From assembly GCA_027328625.1 (NCBI GenBank), contig DAHVSZ010000001.1, positions 1 to 56,642 on the forward strand: DNA of 56,642 nucleotides, read 5' to 3'. The notes under the pieces are model-generated. The model was not told where the DNA came from and searched no databases. It saw nothing but the letters and a program-made list of their open reading frames with translations. Of the stretch, positions 49,027-56,642 are shown piece after piece (position 1 is the first letter of the stretch; each line of letters opens with the position of its first letter). Made by a program: the position numbers and the translations under genes. Origin of the DNA: Candidatus Paracaedibacteraceae bacterium. GTDB lineage: Bacteria; Pseudomonadota; Alphaproteobacteria; Paracaedibacterales; CAIULA01.

Positions 49027-49746
49027 TTACAAATCTTTCCATGGGGCAGGGAAATTTTGTCCCATTTCAATTTGATCTTGATGAAAGAAAGACATATCAT
49101 TACTTTCAGTAGAGGAGGGAAATTGTTCGTCTCCTTCTTCACCATAGTCGTTTACTATTTCATTCTCTTGTTCAGCAATTTCTAACTCAATCTCATGAAT
49201 CAGAGCGGGATCTGGCCGAGGACCAACAGTCGTATTTGTTAAGTAAATGAGCGCATCAGAATATCCGTTCATAAGAGCTTGAATAGCGGCGTTGTCAACT
49301 CCATCTTGATTTGGGTGAGGAATATCCTCGACACTGTGATGAACAACATAATCTAGTAAATTCAAATCACCGTAACTTGCAGCTTCAACAAGTAGGCTGT
49401 TGATGCCCTCTTGATCTAAATAAGGAAGAATATATTTAACAATCCCAAGATCACCAAAATGGGCAGCATAAGTTGCAGCCAAATTGATTCCTTCTTGATC
49501 AGGATGCAATGCCTTTTTGTTCTTATGTTCCATAACGGCTTTTAATGTTTTTATATGGCCATTTCCTGCAGCTGTTTCTGCAACATTATTGACTTCATCT
49601 TGATTTGCTTCCGGTAAGAGTTTTAAAACTGTCTTTGTTTTTCCCAAAAGAGCAGCCTCGTGGATACGATGGCTCAAAGAGTCTGCAAAAACTTCTTTTT
49701 CTTGAAACAACAGAATAAATAACACGGAAATTAAGTATTTAACCAT
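49027..49746 (-). CDS. Secreted ankyrin-repeat-like protein with an acidic C-terminus
   Basis: The signal peptide is MVKYLISVLFILLF. Four ANK-like units read AAGNGHIKTLKAVMEH, AAHFGDLGIVKYIL, AASYGDLNLLDYVVHH and ALMNGYSDALIYL. Confidence 0.5.
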   Translation of the reverse strand: MVKYLISVLFILLFQEKEVFADSLSHRIHEAALLGKTKTVLKLLPEANQDEVNNVAETAAGNGHIKTLKAVMEHKNKKALHPDQEGINLAATYAAHFGDLGIVKYILPYLDQEGINSLLVEAASYGDLNLLDYVVHHSVEDIPHPNQDGVDNAAIQALMNGYSDALIYLTNTTVGPRPDPALIHEIELEIAEQENEIVNDYGEEGDEQFPSSTESNDMSFFHQDQIEMGQNFPAPWKDL

Positions 49747-49856
49747 ATTAATAGTTTTTTAACAATATCAACTATAATTAAATACTATCATTCAATTGTT
49801 AATTTATGATGAATTATGAAAAAATATTTTCAGATCTGACTTTTAAACAAAAACAC

Positions 49857-52745
49857 TTATTTGCTGTTAACTATAGCGTCTCTCTCCACGTAAGGTTTCA
49901 AATACTGCCCAGTATAACTTGTTTTAACTGTTGCTACATCCTCTGGCGTACCAACGGCGACAACTTTGCCGCCTTTGGCACCGCCTTCTGGCCCCATATC
50001 GATAATCCAGTCAGCAGTTTTAATGACTTCTAGGTTATGTTCAATGACAACCACTGTGTTACCTTGGTCAACTAGCGTGTGAAGTACCTCTAATAATTTT
50101 CTCACATCCTCAAAATGCAAACCCGTTGTGGGTTCATCCAAAATATAAAGCGTACGCCCAGTAGCTCTTCGTGCCAATTCTTTAGACAACTTGACACGCT
50201 GTGCTTCACCACCCGACAAAGTGGTTGCTTGTTGCCCCACATGAATGTAACCAAGCCCAACTTGCTCTAAACTTTTTAATTTATCCCGCACTTGTGAGTG
50301 AGCATTGAAAAACTCAACAGCTTCTTCAACAGTCATGTCCAAAACATCAGCAATTGTTTTGTCCTTGTAAGTAATCTCTAAAGTTTCACGGTTGTAACGT
50401 TTGCCCTGGCATTGATCACATTGCACGTATACATCTGGTAAAAAGTGCATTTCAATTTTAATGACGCCATCACCTTGACATGCTTCACACCGTCCCCCTT
50501 TCACATTGAATGAAAAACGCCCAGGACTGTATCCTCTGGCCTTGGCTTCAGGAAGCCCAGCGTACCACTCACGAATAGCTGTAAAACAACCAATGTACGT
50601 TGCTGGGTTAGAGCGGGGTGTTCTACCAATGGGTGATTGATCAATATCAATCACTTTATCAATGTATTCCATCCCCAACAGTTTTTTGTGAGGGCCTGGC
50701 AGATCACGACCGTGATTAAAGACACGCGCTAAAGCTTTATATAAAGTTTCAATGACAAGGGACGACTTACCACCACCAGAAACACCTGTCACACAAGTAA
50801 ATGTACCAAGCGGGATCTTGACGGAAACATCTTTAAGGTTGTTTGCCTTTGCCCCTATTAATTCAAGGCAGCGACCTTCATGTCCCAGGCGACGATGTTC
50901 TGGCAAAGCAATATAGCGTTTTCCTGTTAAATATTGTCCCGTAATACTTTCTTTTGAATCCATAATGTCTTGAGGGGTGCCTTGAGCGATAATTTCGCCG
51001 CCGTGAATACCAGCAGCAGGGCCCATATCAATCACATAGTCGGCTGTTCGAATAGCGTCTTCGTCATGTTCAACAACAATCACAGTGTTGCCAATGTCAC
51101 GAAGATGTTTCAATGTGCTCAGCAAACGATCATTATCACGTTGATGTAAGCCTATTGATGGCTCATCTAAAACATATAGTACTCCAGTTAAACCGGAACC
51201 AACCTGTGATGCTAAGCGAATACGCTGACTTTCCCCGCCCGATAAAGTACCAGAAGAACGAGATAAAGATAAATAATCCAACCCCACATTCACCAAAAAG
51301 CTGAGGCGGCTATTAATTTCTTTTAAAATGCGAGCAGCAATTTCTTGTTGTTTTTTAGAAAGCTCTAATTTTTGAAACCAATCAAGAGCATTAGCAATAG
51401 ACAACTCACACACATCAGCAATGGTTTTTTCATTGATTTTAACACATAAAGCTTCTGGCTTAAGGCGCTGGCCATTACAAACAGAACAAGGATGTTCGTT
51501 TTGAAAACGAGACAGAGTTTCCCTTACCCAATCGCTTTCCGTTTCTTTCCAACGACGTTTGAGATTGGGGATTACTCCTTCAAATGCTTTTTTGGTGATG
51601 TAGTTGCGAACTCCATCATTAAATTGGATAGGAACAACCTCTTTACCTGTGCCATACAAGACAGCATTCTTTACATGATCAGGCAGTTCACCAAAGGGTA
51701 AGACTGGTGAGGCATCATAATATTTGACAACGGCTTCTAATACTTGGTTGTAATATTCTCTTGAATAAGAACTGCGTCTGCTGGTTTGTGAATCATCGCT
51801 CCAAGGAAGAATTGCCCCTTCACGAATACTTTTACTTAGATCTGGAATAATTAAAGACGGGTCAAAGACAATCTCAATGCCAAGACCATCGCAAGCGGGG
51901 CAGGCTCCTTGAGGGCTGTTGAAAGAAAACAGCCTTGGTTCGATTTCATCCAAGGTAAATCCAGACACAGGACAGGCAAACTTAGCTGAAAAGGTAGTGG
52001 TTGATCCATCATCAACATTTTCAAGCCATATTAACCCATCGCTTAAATAAAGACCTGTTTCTAAAGAATCAGCAAGGCGCGTTTTCCATTCTGTTTGTTG
52101 GTCAACCTCAGGCACAACCAGGCGATCAACAACAACAGCAATGTCATGTTTTATATTCTTTTTAAGGTCAGGAACATCATCTAGATCATAAACTTTGCCG
52201 TCGATTTTAACGCGTTGAAACCCTTTTTTCTTTAAATCTTGTAGTTCTTTTTTGTACTCACCTTTACGACCTCGGGCAATGGGTGCCATTAATAAAAGTC
52301 GAGTTTTCACGGGCATTGCCAAAATGCGATCAACCATTTGACTAACAGTTTGCGCTTCGATTGGCAAACCCGTTGCAGGAGAGTGAGGAATGCCTACACG
52401 GGCATATAAAAGCCTTAAGTAATCGTAAAGCTCAGTAACTGTACCAACGGTTGAACGCGGGTTTTTGGAAGTCGTTTTTTGCTCAATGGAAATAGCCGGA
52501 CTTAGCCCATCAATTGAATCGACATCTGGTTTTTGCATGAGTTGCAAAAATTGACGAGCATAGGCAGAAAGACTTTCCACATAGCGACGTTGTCCCTCAG
52601 CATAAAGGGTGTCAAAGGCAAGCGAAGACTTACCAGAGCCACTAAGACCAGTGATGACCACAAGTTTATCACGCGGCATATCGACATTGATGTTTTTTAA
52701 ATTATGTTCGCGAGCACCACGAATGCTGATTTGATGAAGTGTCAT
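49857..52745 (-). CDS. uvrA: Excinuclease ABC subunit A
   Basis: [46 protein letters not shown], two ABC modules and zinc-finger cysteines. I place the start at ATG 52745. The track start at 52805 uses an ATG that lies inside a repeat. Confidence 0.95.
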   Translation of the reverse strand: MTLHQISIRGAREHNLKNINVDMPRDKLVVITGLSGSGKSSLAFDTLYAEGQRRYVESLSAYARQFLQLMQKPDVDSIDGLSPAISIEQKTTSKNPRSTVGTVTELYDYLRLLYARVGIPHSPATGLPIEAQTVSQMVDRILAMPVKTRLLLMAPIARGRKGEYKKELQDLKKKGFQRVKIDGKVYDLDDVPDLKKNIKHDIAVVVDRLVVPEVDQQTEWKTRLADSLETGLYLSDGLIWLENVDDGSTTTFSAKFACPVSGFTLDEIEPRLFSFNSPQGACPACDGLGIEIVFDPSLIIPDLSKSIREGAILPWSDDSQTSRRSSYSREYYNQVLEAVVKYYDASPVLPFGELPDHVKNAVLYGTGKEVVPIQFNDGVRNYITKKAFEGVIPNLKRRWKETESDWVRETLSRFQNEHPCSVCNGQRLKPEALCVKINEKTIADVCELSIANALDWFQKLELSKKQQEIAARILKEINSRLSFLVNVGLDYLSLSRSSGTLSGGESQRIRLASQVGSGLTGVLYVLDEPSIGLHQRDNDRLLSTLKHLRDIGNTVIVVEHDEDAIRTADYVIDMGPAAGIHGGEIIAQGTPQDIMDSKESITGQYLTGKRYIALPEHRRLGHEGRCLELIGAKANNLKDVSVKIPLGTFTCVTGVSGGGKSSLVIETLYKALARVFNHGRDLPGPHKKLLGMEYIDKVIDIDQSPIGRTPRSNPATYIGCFTAIREWYAGLPEAKARGYSPGRFSFNVKGGRCEACQGDGVIKIEMHFLPDVYVQCDQCQGKRYNRETLEITYKDKTIADVLDMTVEEAVEFFNAHSQVRDKLKSLEQVGLGYIHVGQQATTLSGGEAQRVKLSKELARRATGRTLYILDEPTTGLHFEDVRKLLEVLHTLVDQGNTVVVIEHNLEVIKTADWIIDMGPEGGAKGGKVVAVGTPEDVATVKTSYTGQYLKPYVERDAIVNSK

Positions 52746-52800
52746 ATATATTTTTAAATAAAAAGAAGTTGGACTAGTTATAGCAAGGTTTAATGTCTCT

Positions 52801-53008
52801 GTCATCCTTGGGCTTGCCTCACTGTTGTTTGAACATTGAACAGCAACTTCGTTCCATAGTTTTCCTCCGGCTTGACCGGAGGATCCATAACGAAGAATCT
52901 TGGTGTTTGAAGCATGGACCCTATGGTCAAGCCATAGGGAAACTGAGATGAGTTAAGTTTTTTGTTCAACGCTCAAACATTAGTGGGCTTGACTTCTACA
53001 AGGATGAC
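52801..53008. mobile_element. Composite: a TIR-bounded S-P element (52820-52985) sitting inside a split G-type palindrome
   Basis: The outer arms are gtcatccttg (52801-52810) and caaggatgac (52999-53008). The inner 22-nt arms are cactgttgtttgaacattgaac and gttcaacgctcaaacattagtg, complementary at 18 of 22 positions by hand count. The S hairpin lies at 52860-52886 and the P hairpin at 52916-52944. Confidence 0.6.
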
Positions 53009-53072
53009 AGCCGTTAGTTTGTTAGTATTTCAGTGATACTTGGTACTATATTTCCTTTTTTCTTTACCACTT

Positions 53073-53099
53073 GTCATCCTCGGGCTTGACCCGAGGATC
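53073..53099. repeat. Intact G-type hairpin gtc-atcctcggg-cttga-cccgaggat-c
   Basis: Read directly: a perfect 9-bp stem with a 5-nt loop. Confidence 0.85.
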
Positions 53100-53268
53100 T
53101 AAAAAACATAGTTGATGGCAATGGGGGGCTTGAAAGAACTTTATTATAAAATAATTCATATACAGTAAATTTTGTATGTAGACATAAATCTAAATAAGTC
53201 GTAAATTTCATCATGCTTTATTTAGAAATTAAAATAAAAAATGGCTGAAAGGAGCCGATATAAATAAA

Positions 53269-54927
53269 ATGAATAAAATTTTAAGAAATACAATACTCAG
53301 TCTTTGTTTGACCAGTTGCCTGGCGATGGGGATGGATGATGGGGATGGCGGTGCGGTTGTTGAACCAGCGACACGACCTGCGACAGCGACGACGGATGCA
53401 CGTCTGCCCACCGAAGAACTCAGAAGGAACGCTGCTGTTGTGCCTGTTGAAGTTGTGCCAGGAAGGTGGTTTGGGAAAGCTAAATTTAAGGGTCCTAATG
53501 GAGATATGCAGTATCAAAACACTGACAACCTTCTTATGGCATTCGGATGCGCTCTCGGCCAAGCAGGAGTTCTTGAAAAAGCAGTAAAAGAAGAAAGACA
53601 ACGAACAGATGTTCTTGCAGCAACAAACCAGATATTGAATAATGACCTAAGAGGGGTTACAGCGCAACTTGCTGCTGCAAAGGAAGAAGGCAAATCACAA
53701 ACTCAAAGACTACAAGATTTAGCAGACCGTTTAGCAGGGACAGAAACTGCTCTCGAAAAACAAAGGAAAGCTACCATAGATGCTATGTGGATTTCTTCTA
53801 CTATCGAGAGAGAGCTTGCCCTGGCAAAACAAAAAGAAGAAGATCTGGAAAGACGGCTTACAGCTGCAAATTTGGAAAATGAATCGAGGCTAAGAGATTT
53901 AACAGCTCGTTTGGAAGCGACAGAAAGAGCTCTTGAGGAACAAAGGAGACAGGCTGCCGCAGCTACTGAGACTACTTCCGATGTCAAACAAGCCCTTGCT
54001 TTGGCCGCACAGAGAGAAAAAACTTTAGAAGAGCAATTGTTAATAGCAAGGAGTGCCGCTGAAGTAAGATTACAAGAACTAAGGGAATTAAGCACAACTC
54101 TCACGAGCACATTAAGTGAACTTGCATCAACAAGGTCAGCTGCTGGAACCAACCAAAGACTGGTAGATATGATGAGAGAAGAGGCTGGAGTAAAAGAACA
54201 ATTATTGGGTTCTTTGAAAGAAAGATTGCTTCAATTCCAACGACAGCTACGTGTGGTGGTCACAAGTGATCATCCTGTTGAGGATTTAGATTCAGCACGT
54301 AAGTTTGTTGTGGGTGAATATCAAAAAGAGAAAGACGCTTTAGAGAGAGAGCTTGCGGCTCAGCGTGGTACTCTTTTACAAGCGCGAGAAGAACACAAAC
54401 GCTTGACAAAACAACGTGGAGAAAGCACTTCCTCGAATTTAGAAGAACTTATTGCACAAGCAGCTACCAGAATCCAACGCCTGCAAGCAGATGTTGAAAC
54501 AAAAGAGAGACACTTGAGTACTTTGACAACTGAGAAAACAGAGCTTGAGAGAGAAATAGAAGCTCTAGAGACAAAATCGGTGGGTGATTTTATAAAGGCT
54601 GTGCGAGCTGATAAGTTACTAGAATTAAAGGCATTTGAACAGTTTTCGGAGCTTGCGCGAAGAGGACATAATCATAGGTGGGCACATGGTGCAGGCTTAA
54701 GTAAGGGATCGCAATGGTTAGGTGAAGAACTTGTGAGAAAAATGGGCAAAGATGCAGCGTTACAGCTGTTGACTACTGGAGGTCTTTCGAGAGAAATGGC
54801 TGAATGGTTTATTTCTGATGACTCACAAGAGGCCATTCGTGATCACGGAAAAGGAACACTTGTTGGAACTAAAGCGGCGGATGAAGCTAATTGGACGAAA
54901 CTCAAAGCACGTTTTGGTGTTGCTTAA
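53269..54927 (+). CDS. Coiled-coil lipoprotein-like protein with 60-aa tandem repeats; compositionally atypical
   Basis: The N-terminus MNKILRNTILSLCLTSC carries an LTSC lipobox. Long heptad-like E/R/L/A/Q-rich sequence follows. Repeats lie at 53707-53886 and 53887-54066. I recognise no family. Confidence 0.6.
   Translation: MNKILRNTILSLCLTSCLAMGMDDGDGGAVVEPATRPATATTDARLPTEELRRNAAVVPVEVVPGRWFGKAKFKGPNGDMQYQNTDNLLMAFGCALGQAGVLEKAVKEERQRTDVLAATNQILNNDLRGVTAQLAAAKEEGKSQTQRLQDLADRLAGTETALEKQRKATIDAMWISSTIERELALAKQKEEDLERRLTAANLENESRLRDLTARLEATERALEEQRRQAAAATETTSDVKQALALAAQREKTLEEQLLIARSAAEVRLQELRELSTTLTSTLSELASTRSAAGTNQRLVDMMREEAGVKEQLLGSLKERLLQFQRQLRVVVTSDHPVEDLDSARKFVVGEYQKEKDALERELAAQRGTLLQAREEHKRLTKQRGESTSSNLEELIAQAATRIQRLQADVETKERHLSTLTTEKTELEREIEALETKSVGDFIKAVRADKLLELKAFEQFSELARRGHNHRWAHGAGLSKGSQWLGEELVRKMGKDAALQLLTTGGLSREMAEWFISDDSQEAIRDHGKGTLVGTKAADEANWTKLKARFGVA
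53707..54066 (+). repeat. Two full 180-bp (60-codon) tandem repeats inside the coiled-coil gene, with a partial third starting at 54067
   Basis: Unit 1 is RLQDLADRLAGTETALEKQRK...LENES. Unit 2 is RLRDLTARLEATERALEEQRR...SAAEV. RLQELREL... follows. Confidence 0.7.
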
Positions 54928-54945
54928 GTTTTTCCTGCTCCATTC

Positions 54946-55038
54946 AGTTTCCCTATGGCTTGACCATAGGGTCCATTCTTCAACTTTCGTTTTGGTAAAA
55001 GTACACTCTGGATCCTCCGGTTAAGCCGGAGGAAAACT
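54946..55038. repeat. P hairpin (54946-54974) and S hairpin (55010-55038), both in reverse orientation
   Basis: agtttccctatgg-cttga-ccatagggtcc ... ggatcctccgg-ttaag-ccggaggaaaact. The S copy overlaps the last codons and the stop of gene 55021..56262. Confidence 0.8.
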
Positions 55039-56262
55039 GAGAGGAACTGACTTATTCACGGCAGCTGCAACACACGAATCTGACCAAATGTTAAGGGCTG
55101 TTTCCAGCATATCAATCAACGCATAAAAGGGCAGGATGATGCCCATAATCGTTAAGGGATAATCCATTGCCACCAACAATGAACTTGTTAGAAAATAACA
55201 GCCCATGGGCACACCCGCATTACCGACAGCGGCGATCGTGGCAATTCCTATCCAAAGACCCATTTCAACGGGTGTTATGGTTGCACCATAGCTGCTCATG
55301 ACAAACATAACGGTGACCAGAATAAATGCGGCACAAGCATTCATGTTGATGGTGGTGCACAAAGGAAATGTGAATTTGGCAACTTTTGGTGAAATTCCAG
55401 CATTCTCTTGCGCACATTTTAAAGCCATAGGCAATGTTGCAACCGAAGATTTGCTAAAAAACGCCATCGTCAAGGCTGGGAACATGGCTTTGAAAAGTCT
55501 AATTGGTGAGACCTTAAAAAACTTCAAAAAAGCTGGCAGGACCAAAGATCCTTGTACTATGTTAGCCAATACCACACAAACAAGGTAAAGCATTAATCCT
55601 TCAACGGACAGGCCTTGTTTTAGCTCTTTCACAAATAAAACTGAAAAACCCCAGATACCAATCGGCATAATCTTAACAATCCAGGATGTAATTTTGGTAA
55701 TGACGGCATAGGTATCTAAAAAAAACTCTGCTAATTGTGATTTCCTGCCTTTGGCTTTGTTTTCATGTTCAATCACTAAGATTGCAAGTCCAAATAAAAT
55801 AGCTAAGCACAAAACACCAATGACATTATTTTCATGAAAAGGTTGGATAATGTTGGATGGAATAAGTTGGGTTAAGTGATCTAGATAATTAAAGGATTTG
55901 TCTGAAACGGTATTACTTTCCAAAGCTATCGTTTGGCTTACCGGGTTAATGGTGATGAACAAGATTAAACCAACGGCAGCAGATATAAGTGTTGTCAACA
56001 ACGTATATGAGATAACTTTCTTTCCTAAAAACCTTGTTTCCTCAAGATCTTTCATACCCGCCAAGGTCGAAGCAACTGAGAAAAATATAATAGGGAGGCT
56101 GATTAGTTTTAATAAGTTCACAAAAATCTTGGCAACAAAATCAGCTGTGTCTGCGATGATGGGAATGTTCAAATAACCGCACAATAACCCTATTAAAAAG
56201 GCAATTAATATTAAAAATGATGGATTGGTTAGTTTTGTTTTTGATTTAATACGTTCGCACAT
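55021..56262 (-). CDS. Dicarboxylate/amino acid:cation symporter (DAACS, GltP-like)
   Basis: Polytopic protein with family-like segments such as SSVATLPMALKC and AAVGNAGVPMG. The final residues SFPPA and the stop are encoded by the S-type repeat. Confidence 0.8.
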   Translation of the reverse strand: MCERIKSKTKLTNPSFLILIAFLIGLLCGYLNIPIIADTADFVAKIFVNLLKLISLPIIFFSVASTLAGMKDLEETRFLGKKVISYTLLTTLISAAVGLILFITINPVSQTIALESNTVSDKSFNYLDHLTQLIPSNIIQPFHENNVIGVLCLAILFGLAILVIEHENKAKGRKSQLAEFFLDTYAVITKITSWIVKIMPIGIWGFSVLFVKELKQGLSVEGLMLYLVCVVLANIVQGSLVLPAFLKFFKVSPIRLFKAMFPALTMAFFSKSSVATLPMALKCAQENAGISPKVAKFTFPLCTTINMNACAAFILVTVMFVMSSYGATITPVEMGLWIGIATIAAVGNAGVPMGCYFLTSSLLVAMDYPLTIMGIILPFYALIDMLETALNIWSDSCVAAAVNKSVPLSFPPA

Positions 56263-56642
56263 AATTTGAATTCCTTAAAAAAGGGAAATATTTTTTGTGA
56301 AATTTAAGGGATAGTTACCCCTTACAAATAATAGTCGCTTAGATGCGACAACAGGTGCGACAGATATTTTTGAAAAAGATATGTGAGCGAACTAAGTTCA
56401 AAGGTTTGACTCTAATTTATGTTACTAATAATCATTATACGGAAAAGATGATGGAAATCTAGTTTTTTATTAGGCAGGGTTTTTTCACTTAAATTTATAA
56501 CATAGTTGATGACGGCATTTATAGCAAAAGCACCTTACCACCCGACAGAATTTTGGAACCTAGGGAAACAGCCATTTCACGTCACCTCGAGAAGGGACGT
56601 AGTCCCGACGAAGCAATCCAGAAATTAGCAGTTTTACTGGAT

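Noticed and set aside
52746-52805. 20-codon N-terminal extension of uvrA
   Set aside because: The upstream ATG (52803-52805) is the cat of the repeat end gtcatcc. The conserved UvrA start [16 protein letters not shown] begins at 52745.
53281-54152. Antisense ORFs 53281..53601 (106 aa) and 53703..54152 (149 aa), and the same-strand ORF 53336..53587
   Set aside because: They lie entirely within the G+C-richer coiled-coil gene, where stop codons are rare in all frames. Their products are low-complexity (S/A/C/L-rich) with no start context.
27297-55038. CRISPR array hypothesis for the recurring palindromic repeats
   Set aside because: The copies are dispersed over tens of kb, occur in both orientations and fall into several sequence classes. 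They are not separated by uniform-length spacers, and no cas genes are present.

Overview
AT-rich alphaproteobacterial chromosome segment. CtrA, alpha-type FtsL, a DUF3035 lipoprotein beside lspA, and an M16 peptidase pair support the class. An ATP/ADP translocase (tlc), tdk and several importers point to an obligate intracellular, Rickettsiales/Holosporales-like lifestyle; this taxon call is inference. The backbone is housekeeping: lgt, prfB with its programmed +1 frameshift, a complete rsmH-to-ftsQ dcw cluster (6.4-21.4 kb, minus strand), rsmI, ctrA, sodB, tdk, asd, trmD-rplS, lspA and uvrA. Several unusual items are interspersed. (1) An isolated, intact tssF-tssG (type VI baseplate wedge) pair has no other T6SS core gene in the window and sits among outer-membrane protein genes and an ankyrin-repeat gene. 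(2) A dispersed family of palindromic elements has unrelated stems that share one loop (CTTGA/TCAAG). Copies are assembled into inverted-repeat-bounded, nested MITE-like composites, one copy lies in frame inside a methyltransferase gene, and one supplies the stop codon of a symporter gene. (3) A compositionally foreign (G+C-richer) 552-aa coiled-coil lipoprotein gene with 180-bp tandem repeats is bracketed by these elements. (4) A secreted trypsin-like protease gene is split exactly at an A9 run. (5) An orphan yefM antitoxin has a perfect 20-bp operator palindrome but no toxin. (6) A MotA/ExbB-like channel with a coiled-coil tail has no B subunit. (7) PilB-like ATPase and prepilin peptidase genes occur without other pilus or T2SS genes. 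I found no rRNA, tRNA or CRISPR array.
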